From NCBI GenBank assembly GCA_019418025.1, contig DYCR01000003.1:7438-71437 (forward strand): DNA of 64,000 nt, given 5' to 3'. The first letter of the stretch is position 1. Every line of letters begins with the position of its first letter. This document shows, in pieces, positions 8,051 to 16,476 of the stretch. The notes beneath the pieces were generated by a model. That model worked only from the letters and a program-made list of their open reading frames with translations, did no database searches and was not told the DNA's origin. Source of the stretch: Clostridiales bacterium. GTDB taxonomy: Bacteria; Bacillota; Clostridia; Oscillospirales; Oscillospiraceae. The translations under genes and the position numbers were made by a program.

Positions 8051-9448
8051 TTACAGATTGAAATAGCGCTTTGCGTTGTTTGCGCAGATATCCTCCACCA
8101 GAGAACCCAAAAATTCCATGTCGGCAGGATATTCGCCGTTTTCCACCCAAGTACCGATGAGGTTGCAGAGGATTCTGCGGAAGTACTCGTGGCGGGCGTA
8201 GCTCAGCAGGCTGCGGGAATCGGTGAGCATACCGATGAAGTTGCCCAAAATTCCCAGATTGGCCAGACTGGTCATCTGATTCTGCATGCCGGTCTTGTTG
8301 TCATTGAACCACCATGCCGAGCCGTGCTGAATCTTACCGGGGACCTCGCTGCTCTGGAAGGCACCCAGCAGGGTGTCAAGCCACTGATCGTCTGCCGGAT
8401 TTAGGCTGTACAGCACGGTCTTGGGCAGGCTGTTGTCCTTCTCCAGTGCATCCATCAGGGCATACAGCGCAGCGCAGCTGTCGGTTACGGCGATGCAGTC
8501 AAAGCCGCTGTCGGCACCCAGAGCCGCAAAAGCCTTGGAATTGGGGTTTCTCATGCAGCTGAAGTGGATCTGCATGACCCAGCCCAGACGGGCGTATTCC
8601 TTGGCGCAATGCACCAGCAGATAGGTCTGGTATGCTTCGATCTCGAACTTGGTCAGCTTCTCTCCGGCCAGTGCCTTCCGGAAGGCAGACTCGATCTCCT
8701 CGGCAGATGCCTCCTGATAGATGACATAGTCAAGACCGTGGTCGGCTGCACGGCAGTTCATGGTGTCGAAGAACTCGATTCTGGCCGTCAGTGCCTTTGC
8801 CACGTCTGCTGCGGAGCGGATCTCCATTTTTGCAGCCTCGGAAAGCTTGCGGATGTATGCGGCAAAGCCTGCCTTATGCAGGTTCAGCGCAGGGTCCGGA
8901 CGGAAGCTGGGGCAGACCTTGGTGGCAAAGTCGGTCTGCGCGATGAGCTTGTGGTATTGCAGATCGCTGCAGGGATCGTCGGTGGTGCCGACCATCGCAA
9001 CGTTGCTCTTTGTGATCAGGCCTCTTGCGCTGAAGCTGGGGTCAGCCAGCTTCTCCAGAGCCAGATCCCACACCTGCTGTGCGGTCTGTCCGTTCAGCAC
9101 ACCCTCATAGCCGAAGTAATTCTTCAGCTCCAGATGGCACCAGTGGTACATGGGGTTACCGATGGCTCTGGGTAAAGCTTCTGCAAATTTCTGGAATTTA
9201 TCCCGATCGGATGCAGAACCTGTGATATATTCCTCTGAAACGCCGTTGGAGCGCATAATGCGCCACTTGTAATGGTCACCGCCCAGCCAAATCTGGGTGA
9301 TATTCTCGAATCGACGGTCCTCGTAAATGTCCTTGGGGTCGATGTGGCAGTGATAATCGTAAATCGGCATACGTGCCGCATGCTCATGATAGAGCTTGAC
9401 GGCAGTGGGATTGCTCAACAAAAAGTCCCTGCTCAGAAAAGGTGTCAT
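8051..9448 (-). CDS. uxaC: Glucuronate isomerase
   Basis: 465 aa. ...MPIYDYHCHIDPKDI...GDHYKWR...GNPMYHWCHLEL... is a classic UxaC signature. Confidence 0.92.
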   Translation of the reverse strand: MTPFLSRDFLLSNPTAVKLYHEHAARMPIYDYHCHIDPKDIYEDRRFENITQIWLGGDHYKWRIMRSNGVSEEYITGSASDRDKFQKFAEALPRAIGNPMYHWCHLELKNYFGYEGVLNGQTAQQVWDLALEKLADPSFSARGLITKSNVAMVGTTDDPCSDLQYHKLIAQTDFATKVCPSFRPDPALNLHKAGFAAYIRKLSEAAKMEIRSAADVAKALTARIEFFDTMNCRAADHGLDYVIYQEASAEEIESAFRKALAGEKLTKFEIEAYQTYLLVHCAKEYARLGWVMQIHFSCMRNPNSKAFAALGADSGFDCIAVTDSCAALYALMDALEKDNSLPKTVLYSLNPADDQWLDTLLGAFQSSEVPGKIQHGSAWWFNDNKTGMQNQMTSLANLGILGNFIGMLTDSRSLLSYARHEYFRRILCNLIGTWVENGEYPADMEFLGSLVEDICANNAKRYFNL

Positions 9449-9518
9449 TTCATTCGCTCCTTTATTTGGTTAAATTCAGTATATCACAAAAAAATCGCAA
9501 TAAAAATATCAAATATTG

Positions 9519-9547
9519 TTTGACACATTGCGTTTCTTGCTGTAATC
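9519..9547 (+). promoter_or_regulatory. Candidate sigma-70-type promoter of the AraC regulator gene
   Basis: TTGACA (9519-9524), 17-nt spacer, TAATCT (9542-9547). Confidence 0.45.
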
Positions 9548-9560
9548 TAGCAGAAAGGAG

Positions 9561-10442
9561 GTGATTGCCTTGTCAACAAAGGCACAAAGCTTCAATTATC
9601 GCCAGAGCATGAGCAACAAACAGTTCGAGGTGTTCCACTATCGGGACAAAAAAGGCGAAAATATCAGCATCCACCACCATGATTTTTACGAGATCTACTT
9701 CCTTCTGGGGGGTAATGTTGACTTTCTCATAGAGGGCAAGACCCTCCACGTGGAGCCGGGGGATCTGCTTCTGATCAGCCCTCAGGAGCTGCATCAGGCC
9801 CAGATCTGCCCCGATGCCATGTACGAGCGCATCGTGCTGTGGATCGACCGCAGCTATCTGGCCGCTCTTGGCGGGACGGTTGCGAATCTTGCGGCCTGCT
9901 TTGATCATGATTCCCCCATGCACGCCAATCTAATCAGACCCGACAAGATCCGGCGGGCCGCCCTTCAGGATCTTCTTGAAAAGATCACCGCTGAATTTTA
10001 CGGCGGCAAGCCCGGAGGCGAGCTGTACGCCCATGGACTGCTCCTGCAATTTATGATTGAGGTGAACCGTCTGGTTCAGAAGTCCAACAGTCACGAGCCT
10101 CGTCAGGAGGAGCCGGATCTGGTCAGTCAGGTCCTTGCCTATATCAGCACCCACTTTCAGGAAAATCTCACACTGGAGCAGCTGGCTTCTGAATTTTTCG
10201 TCAGCAAATATTATCTTTCCCACGAATTTACCAACCGAGTCGGGATCAGCATTTACCGATATGTGATTTTCCGGCGGCTGATGCTTGCCAAGGAGCTGAT
10301 GGAGGCCGGAAACGCCCCCGGTGCCGTCTGCCAGACCTGCGGCTTCGGGGACTACACCAACTTCTACCGGGCCTTCAAATCGGAATACGGCATCAGTCCA
10401 AAGGCATACTTTGCATCCGTCACTCAGACTCCCTCTATATAA
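9561..10442 (+). CDS. AraC-family regulator (cupin + HTH_18), probable regulator of the hexuronate operon
   Basis: Divergent from uxaC. C-terminal ...YRYVIFRRLMLAKELM...GFGDYTNFYRAFKSEYGISPKAY. Start uncertain: GTG 9561 or the in-frame TTG at 9570 behind AGGAGG. Confidence 0.85.
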   Translation: MIALSTKAQSFNYRQSMSNKQFEVFHYRDKKGENISIHHHDFYEIYFLLGGNVDFLIEGKTLHVEPGDLLLISPQELHQAQICPDAMYERIVLWIDRSYLAALGGTVANLAACFDHDSPMHANLIRPDKIRRAALQDLLEKITAEFYGGKPGGELYAHGLLLQFMIEVNRLVQKSNSHEPRQEEPDLVSQVLAYISTHFQENLTLEQLASEFFVSKYYLSHEFTNRVGISIYRYVIFRRLMLAKELMEAGNAPGAVCQTCGFGDYTNFYRAFKSEYGISPKAYFASVTQTPSI

Positions 10443-10520
10443 ATAGGGTGCATTTTTCCACTGCGACGCAGGTTCTCCTGCCCCGCTACCGGAAAAAATG
10501 TCCATTCTCCTGACAGGCGG

Positions 10521-10549
10521 TTGCAGATACAGCCGGAGGAATCTATAAT
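10521..10549 (+). promoter_or_regulatory. Candidate promoter of the membrane XRE gene
   Basis: TTGCAG, 17-nt spacer, TATAAT (10544-10549). Confidence 0.45.
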
Positions 10550-10569
10550 CCTGACAGGAGGCGAAGAAA

Positions 10570-11322
10570 ATGTATGAACTTGACAAAGAAAAATTCGGGG
10601 CATTCGTAGCCAAACGCCGCAAGGAACTGGGGTACACCCAGAAGGAACTGGCAAGACAGCTGCTGATCTCCGATAAAGCGGTGAGCAAATGGGAAACGGG
10701 AACGACCATCCCCGATACGGCTCTGCTGATCCCCCTTGCGGAGGCTCTTGGGGTCACGGTAACGGAGCTGCTCACCGGCGAACCGATGCAGAAGCAGGCG
10801 ATACCGGCTGAGAAGGTCGAGCATGTGGTGAAAACAGCCATTACCTACACCGAAGCCGCCCCCGCCCGGGCATGGCAGGAAAAAAGCCTTTGGAACACTA
10901 TATTTATATTGTCCTGCTTGGCAGAAGCAGCATTCCTGTTTTTGCTCCGGCAAAAGGGTCATCTGACCGAGGCTGTCTGGATCAATGCAGCGCTCACCAC
11001 CCTGTTCGGCGCCTACTTCTGTTTTTTCGTGCAGATGAAGCTGCCTGCCTATTACGACCAGAATAAAATTTCAGGTGTCCATGACGGCATGATCCGGCTG
11101 AACATTCCCGGTCTGCATTTCAACAACAGCAACTGGCCCCACATCGTCAAAGCCGGTCGGGCAGTCATGATCGTAAATATGACCGCCTTTCCCCTGCTGT
11201 CCATCGTTTTGGGGCAGCTGATCCCGACGGTGTGGTTTGCCGTGGAAGCAATCGTAATGCTGACCATGACACTGGGCGGATTGTTCGTACCCATGTACGT
11301 GATCGGAAAAAAATACGAATAA
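10570..11322 (+). CDS. Membrane-anchored XRE-family HTH protein (N-terminal HTH_3, about 4 predicted TM helices)
   Basis: FVAKRRKELGYTQKELARQLLISDKAVSKWETG, then hydrophobic segments (IFILSCLAEAAFLFLL, ALTTLFGAYFCFFV, ...). Confidence 0.75.
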   Translation: MYELDKEKFGAFVAKRRKELGYTQKELARQLLISDKAVSKWETGTTIPDTALLIPLAEALGVTVTELLTGEPMQKQAIPAEKVEHVVKTAITYTEAAPARAWQEKSLWNTIFILSCLAEAAFLFLLRQKGHLTEAVWINAALTTLFGAYFCFFVQMKLPAYYDQNKISGVHDGMIRLNIPGLHFNNSNWPHIVKAGRAVMIVNMTAFPLLSIVLGQLIPTVWFAVEAIVMLTMTLGGLFVPMYVIGKKYE

Positions 11323-11385
11323 GGCGAAGCTTCCCGAAGTGGCTTCGGGAAGTCTAAAAAAAGACCACCGCTTTTGCGGTGGTCT

Positions 11386-11584
11386 GAGACTGCCCGAAAA
11401 CCCTCTTAGGGCTTTCGGGCAATTTTTACAACCTGATCCGCGCATAATTTGTCCGTCATTGACGGACAAATTCCACACTCTCAGGCTGATATGTATTTTC
11501 CCCGAGGTACACGCCCCCGGGGAAAATGATTTAATCTTTTTTGCCGCTCAAGCGGCAAACGCGGGCAGACTGTTTGACAGGCTG
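11386..11584 (-). repeat. ~200-bp interspersed structured element, copy 2 (perfect 27-bp flanking direct repeats 11359-11385 / 11585-11611)
   Basis: Core alignment with the other copies. Both flanks read AAAAGACCACCGCTTTTGCGGTGGTCT, the terminator hairpin of the hydrolase gene. Confidence 0.9.
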
Positions 11585-11617
11585 AAAAGACCACCGCTTT
11601 TGCGGTGGTCTTTTCTG

Positions 11618-12373
11618 TTAAGAATGCTTTTTGATGAATGCGCTCATGGCCTGGATCAGTGCCTGACGGGCAGGGATCGAGGTGAAGTTATGTCCGCCGC
11701 CGTCGGTGGTCATGGTCTCAACCTCATTATAGCAGCCTGCATAGGTCTGCACGGTGCGCTCGTCCACCAGCTGATCGTCGCTGGCACGAACGATGAAGGC
11801 CGGACCCTCGTAGCCCTTTGCTTCCTCGAAGGGGATGGGGTGCTTTGCCATGTCGTAGTTGAAGGCCATGTTGTACTTCAGTCCCTCAAGATCGACCCAG
11901 TCCTGACCCATATCCACCACCGCGTCGGCACGCTGTGCGCAGCCGAACCACATTCCGGCGCCGGGGCACAGCAGCAGCAGTCCCTTGGGGTGGATTCTGG
12001 GTGCGCAGGATGCGGCAACATAGCCGCCCATGCTCTGACCGGACAGATACAGGTTCTCCGGATCGACGAAGCTCTGCTTGCTCATCCATGCGAACATGTC
12101 CTCGGTGTCCTCGTACAGCCCGGTGAAGGTGAAGTCCTCGAACTCACCGTCGCTCTCGCCGTTGCCGTAGAAGTCAAAGCGCACACAGGCGATTCCCTGA
12201 TCCGCCAGACCTCTGGCGATCTGGGTGTTCATGCCCTTGTGGCCGTAGGCATTGCCGGTAAAGCCGTGGAGCATCAGCACGCAAGGTGCCTTCTCCACCC
12301 CATCGGGCAGGGTCGCAAAGCCACGCAGGGTGTGGCCGTTTCTGTTTTCAAAAGATACTTGCAGGGTTTTCAT
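11618..12373 (-). CDS. alpha/beta-hydrolase esterase (cinnamoyl/feruloyl-esterase-like)
   Basis: 251 aa. HGFTGN..., nucleophile elbow GQSMGG, C-terminal ...GGGHNF. Abuts the transporter gene with a 2-nt gap. Confidence 0.7.
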   Translation of the reverse strand: MKTLQVSFENRNGHTLRGFATLPDGVEKAPCVLMLHGFTGNAYGHKGMNTQIARGLADQGIACVRFDFYGNGESDGEFEDFTFTGLYEDTEDMFAWMSKQSFVDPENLYLSGQSMGGYVAASCAPRIHPKGLLLLCPGAGMWFGCAQRADAVVDMGQDWVDLEGLKYNMAFNYDMAKHPIPFEEAKGYEGPAFIVRASDDQLVDERTVQTYAGCYNEVETMTTDGGGHNFTSIPARQALIQAMSAFIKKHS

Positions 12374-12375
12374 GA

Positions 12376-13767
12376 TTATTCACCAGCCTTTGCTGCGCGG
12401 CGAACCTTCAGCTCAGCCAGCATTTCAGCAGTTTTTTTCTTGCTCAGGGGGTACAGCCATGCCAGAACCACGACCGCCAGACCATAGCCCAGAACGTACA
12501 GTCCGGTGTAGCCCTTCCAGATGGAGGAAACGACCTCAGGGGTCTGGACGGCTGCGTTGACATTGTAACCGATGATGCCCAGTGCGAAGCTGGACATGGA
12601 GCCGGAGAGGGCGTTTGCCAGCTTGCGGAAGAAGGAGTAAGCGGCGTAAACGATGCCCTCGTTGCGCTCACCGGTCTGAAGCTCGTGGTAGTCGATGGAG
12701 TCGTTGACCATTGCCCAGACCAGAACCTGCATGCCGGATGCACCGATGAAGCAGATGCCGTTGATGATGATAAACACCACAGGATCGGTCAGAGGGACAA
12801 AGAACAGGACCGCAAACACCAGAGTGGAGAAGCCTGCACCGATGCAGCACCACTCCTTCTTGCCCAGCTTATTGGCGATGGGCTGGGTGATCACGAAAAC
12901 GATGACGGCATACAGCACGTTCAGAGGGCCGGCAGCTGCCTGGATCTTGATGTTGCCGAAGTAATCTCTGAACAGATAGGTATTCAGACCGTTGACGATG
13001 GATGCACCCACCATGCCGATCAGGCTGAACAGCATAACACCCAGCAGGGCACGGTTTTTGGAGATTTCCTTAACGACCTTGATATAGTTGAGCTTTTCGC
13101 CCTTGGGACGCTCGGGTACCTGAACACGCTCCTTGCACCAGACGCAGGTGATCTGCAGGCACAGCAGGCCGATCAGTGCAAAGATGGCAGCCAGCATCAA
13201 GAAGCGGCCGGCAACGGGCTGGTTGTCCACATACAGGAACATGGGGCCCACAAAGACGATGACGGTCATGAAGATGGTGCCGCCCATGGAGCGGTAACGG
13301 GACAGAGCGGTGCGGTGGCCGACATCGTCAGTCATCACGCTCGACAGGGTGCCGAAGGGAACCTGAACACAGGTAAAGACAGCCTCGTACAGCACGTAAG
13401 TGATGAACATATAAGCAATACGCAGGCCGTAAGCCCAGTTGCTGACATTCACAAAGCCCAAAACGGCAAGGACCGCCATGGGGAAGGAGAATGCACGGAT
13501 CCAAGGGATGAACTTTCCGCTCTTTGTTGCGCGGCGGGAGTCCACCAAAGCGCCGATGATGGGGTCGTTCACTGCATCCCAGATCTTGGTGATCAGCATC
13601 AGGATACCCACATGGAAGGGGTTGACCTTCAGGATCAGGGTGTAGAAAACGCTCAGATACATGGCACGGAACTGCTCGGAACAGCAGCAGCCCAGATCGC
13701 CCAGTGTGTAACCCAGCTTGTCCAGCATGTTGAACTTACGGACGCCCTGGTTCGGGTTATTGCTCAT
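12376..13767 (-). CDS. GPH-family glycoside-pentoside-hexuronide:cation symporter
   Basis: ATG at 13767 behind GAGGAGG. MSNNPNQGVRKFNMLDKLGYTLGDLG... and about 12 hydrophobic segments. Confidence 0.8.
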   Translation of the reverse strand: MSNNPNQGVRKFNMLDKLGYTLGDLGCCCSEQFRAMYLSVFYTLILKVNPFHVGILMLITKIWDAVNDPIIGALVDSRRATKSGKFIPWIRAFSFPMAVLAVLGFVNVSNWAYGLRIAYMFITYVLYEAVFTCVQVPFGTLSSVMTDDVGHRTALSRYRSMGGTIFMTVIVFVGPMFLYVDNQPVAGRFLMLAAIFALIGLLCLQITCVWCKERVQVPERPKGEKLNYIKVVKEISKNRALLGVMLFSLIGMVGASIVNGLNTYLFRDYFGNIKIQAAAGPLNVLYAVIVFVITQPIANKLGKKEWCCIGAGFSTLVFAVLFFVPLTDPVVFIIINGICFIGASGMQVLVWAMVNDSIDYHELQTGERNEGIVYAAYSFFRKLANALSGSMSSFALGIIGYNVNAAVQTPEVVSSIWKGYTGLYVLGYGLAVVVLAWLYPLSKKKTAEMLAELKVRRAAKAGE

Positions 13768-13966
13768 AAAAAAAGCCTCCTCGTATTGTTCGGTGTGTTT
13801 CGACACGTTTTGTTCATTTTTTATTATATTTTTTATTTTAAAAATTCATATGCAAAAATATATTGAAAACTATCGTAAATTGATATATGATATAAATATG
13901 ATTGATTTGCACAAAAACGCTATTTAAAATTCAGCACATTGCCCATAGGCAACCTAGGAGCAGCCC

Positions 13967-14821
13967 ATGAATTACCAAATCGAACCCCTTGATTTCGACC
14001 ATCCCTCCCAAAAAAGGATCGCAACCGGCGAAAGCTACGGCATTTTACTGGTGATCAAAGGCATCGCCCGGGTGGGCAAACGGTGGAAGGTCGGCACCGA
14101 CGACCTGCTGGTGTGCAAGCCCAAGCAGGTGCTGATGCTGGAGCAGACCAGCGAACGCTTCCCCCTCAGCGCCCTGTGGGTGCAGATCTCCGAGAAGGTG
14201 ATGCGCGTCTGCTCCACCCCGAAAACCGACATCATCGAAAGCTTCAATATCAATCCCGAGCCCGTGGCCCGCATTCGGGGCCAGAGCGAGATCCTCTCCC
14301 TCATCAAAAGCCTTGCTTCCCAGATGGCCCACATGCAGCAGCAGGAGCAGCGGCAGCGGTACGGGGCAGATCTTCTGGAGGAAAGCTCCGTCAAGATGTT
14401 TCTGGCACTGGTCATTCGGGCCTGCATCCTGTCAGACCTGCATCTGGTGCAGCGCAGCGGTCATCTCGCCATCGACGAGGTGTTCCGCTATATCCACTCC
14501 CACCTGACCGAGGAGCTGACTCTGGAGCATTTGGAGCAGGAATTTTTCGTCAGCCGCCACCATTTGATCCGCCTGTTCAAGCGCCGCTGCGGTCTGACCA
14601 TCCATCAGTACATTATAAAAGCACGTCTGGATCTGTGCCGCACCTATATCGAGCAGGGATATTCCATCACAGAGGTCTACCGCAAGGGCGGTTTCGGCGG
14701 ATACAACCACTTTTTCCGAGCATTTAAGCAGGAATACGGCATGACCCCCAAGGAATACTACCGCAGCATCTACCCAACCCCGACAGCGCCGCCCGAAGCA
14801 AACCGCCCGACTGCCGAGTAA
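13967..14821 (+). CDS. AraC-family regulator
   Basis: C-terminal HTH_18 (...HQYIIKARLDLCRTYIEQGYSITEVYRKGGFGGYNHFFRAFKQEYGMTPKEY). Divergent from the GPH-esterase pair. The stop codon lies inside the duplicated hairpin of repeat copy 3. Confidence 0.85.
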   Translation: MNYQIEPLDFDHPSQKRIATGESYGILLVIKGIARVGKRWKVGTDDLLVCKPKQVLMLEQTSERFPLSALWVQISEKVMRVCSTPKTDIIESFNINPEPVARIRGQSEILSLIKSLASQMAHMQQQEQRQRYGADLLEESSVKMFLALVIRACILSDLHLVQRSGHLAIDEVFRYIHSHLTEELTLEHLEQEFFVSRHHLIRLFKRRCGLTIHQYIIKARLDLCRTYIEQGYSITEVYRKGGFGGYNHFFRAFKQEYGMTPKEYYRSIYPTPTAPPEANRPTAE

Positions 14822-14833
14822 CGGCAATCGGGC

Positions 14834-15036
14834 AAACAGCGTATCAATTGGTCTCACAGAGTTTGCCGCCTTGGCGGCAAAAAAGATAAAATCATGTTCC
14901 GCGGGGGCGTGTACCTCGGGGAACATACTGCTCAGCCTGAGAGTGTGGAATCCGTCCGTCTCCGGCGGACGGATTATGCGCATGTCAGGCTGCAAAAATT
15001 GCCCGAAAGCCCCGGAAGGGGGGTTCGGGCAGACTG
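14834..15036 (+). repeat. ~200-bp interspersed structured element, copy 3 (perfect 32-bp flanking direct repeats 14802-14833 / 15037-15068)
   Basis: Both flanks read ACCGCCCGACTGCCGAGTAACGGCAATCGGGC. The left copy encodes the AraC C-terminus ...RPTAE plus its stop. Confidence 0.9.
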
Positions 15037-15094
15037 ACCGCCCGACTGCCGAGTAACGGCAATCGGGCGGTTTCGCTTTATTTTGCAGGAGAGA

Positions 15095-15970
15095 TTATGT
15101 ATTATTCAGCTGTAAAGAAAAATAACGTTTTGGGGAAACGGTCATTTTTTCCTTGAACACCTTAGAAAAATGCTGCTGACTGCTGAAGCCCACGTCCAGA
15201 GACAGCTTCGTCAGGGGGTAGTTCGGATTGGAATACATAAAGTCGATGGCCTTGCTCACCCGCACATGGGCAATGTAGGCAGAGACACCCATGTCAAAAT
15301 TCTCGTGGAACAGCTTGGTCAGGTATCGGGTGGAAATGCCTGCGGCATCCGCCACCTCCTGCACGCTCAGCTTTTTCATATAGTTCTCGTTGATGAACAC
15401 CGACGCATTGATCAGATAGCGGTTCTGGTGGATGGAGCCCATGGTCCGGTCCGCGATGATCTCACGGGACAGCAGGATAGACAGCTGGGACACATACAGC
15501 TGGATCATGGTGTGGCTGTCGGACGACTCCCCCCGGACCTCCTCATAGATCCCCCGCATGCAGGCCTCCAGCTGGGGGTGGCAAATGCCCTTCATGTATT
15601 TGCGCCGACCCATGGAAAGCTCAAAGGCAAAGGCAGATTCATCCGAAAGAAGGTGTCCGCTCATGCCGCCGGTATCCAGATGGTTGTGGAAGTGGATCTG
15701 GATGAAGCTGCACTCCTCAGGACTTGTGATGCGGATGGAATGGGGCACATCCGGAAAATAGACGAAATACTCCCCCGGCTTCACCACCACCTCACTGCCC
15801 AGAATGGTCACCGTCACATCGCCGGTGAGGCAGGTGAACAGCTCGATGGTGTGATGCAGATGGGTGGGGAAGTGATAACCTGACGGCAGGCACTGGATCA
15901 CCGCATTGTCCACTGACAGATGTGCTGAATTATATAATTGTGAACTTGTGGTCCGTGACACGCTGATCAT
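15095..15970 (-). CDS. AraC-family regulator (cupin + HTH), probable regulator of the LNB/GNB module
   Basis: ATG at 15970 behind GGAGAAAGG. C-terminus ...AYIAHVRVSKAIDFMY...VGFSSQQHFSKVFKEKMTVSPKRY. Divergent from the ABC operon. Confidence 0.85.
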   Translation of the reverse strand: MISVSRTTSSQLYNSAHLSVDNAVIQCLPSGYHFPTHLHHTIELFTCLTGDVTVTILGSEVVVKPGEYFVYFPDVPHSIRITSPEECSFIQIHFHNHLDTGGMSGHLLSDESAFAFELSMGRRKYMKGICHPQLEACMRGIYEEVRGESSDSHTMIQLYVSQLSILLSREIIADRTMGSIHQNRYLINASVFINENYMKKLSVQEVADAAGISTRYLTKLFHENFDMGVSAYIAHVRVSKAIDFMYSNPNYPLTKLSLDVGFSSQQHFSKVFKEKMTVSPKRYFSLQLNNT

Positions 15971-16476
15971 GCCGCCTTTCTCCGCCGGCGCCGGATGCAC
16001 AGGTACCGGTGCCAATGATTTCTTTAGAAAATTGCGCTAAATATGTGCATATTTGGATTATGCTTTTATCATTTACTATAATACTAAAATTTACAGAAAA
16101 ACGCAAGTCTCGACAAAGCATATTTTTATTGTAAGTTTCGCACAAATGACATCTTCAATTTTTGTCTAATTATGTAGTATGTGAAAAAAAGATAAAAAGA
16201 ATAGTGCGTAAATGTATAAAAAATCGGGTTTTTTATCCCTTTCATGAAAGTTTTTATATTTTTCATGCGTTATACTAGGCATACATGGTCCGTCCGACGG
16301 CCTGCGGAGCGAAAAACGGCCCTCGGCATGAATGCTGATATTTGTCATTTTTCTGCGCCGTTACGGCCTGCGCCGGCACATAATCTTGCCGGGATAGGCA
16401 CCCCCGTGCGCCATTGATTTCGGCAAAAGGAAGCAGCACGCTGTTTCTTTATGTAATATTTTTTGGAGGTCAAAAA

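Noticed and set aside
16016-16476. Small ORFs (16166..16348, 15930..16145) in the AT-rich divergent region between the AraC gene and the ABC operon.
   Set aside because: They have no RBS, an atypical composition, and lie where the divergent promoters and operators are expected.
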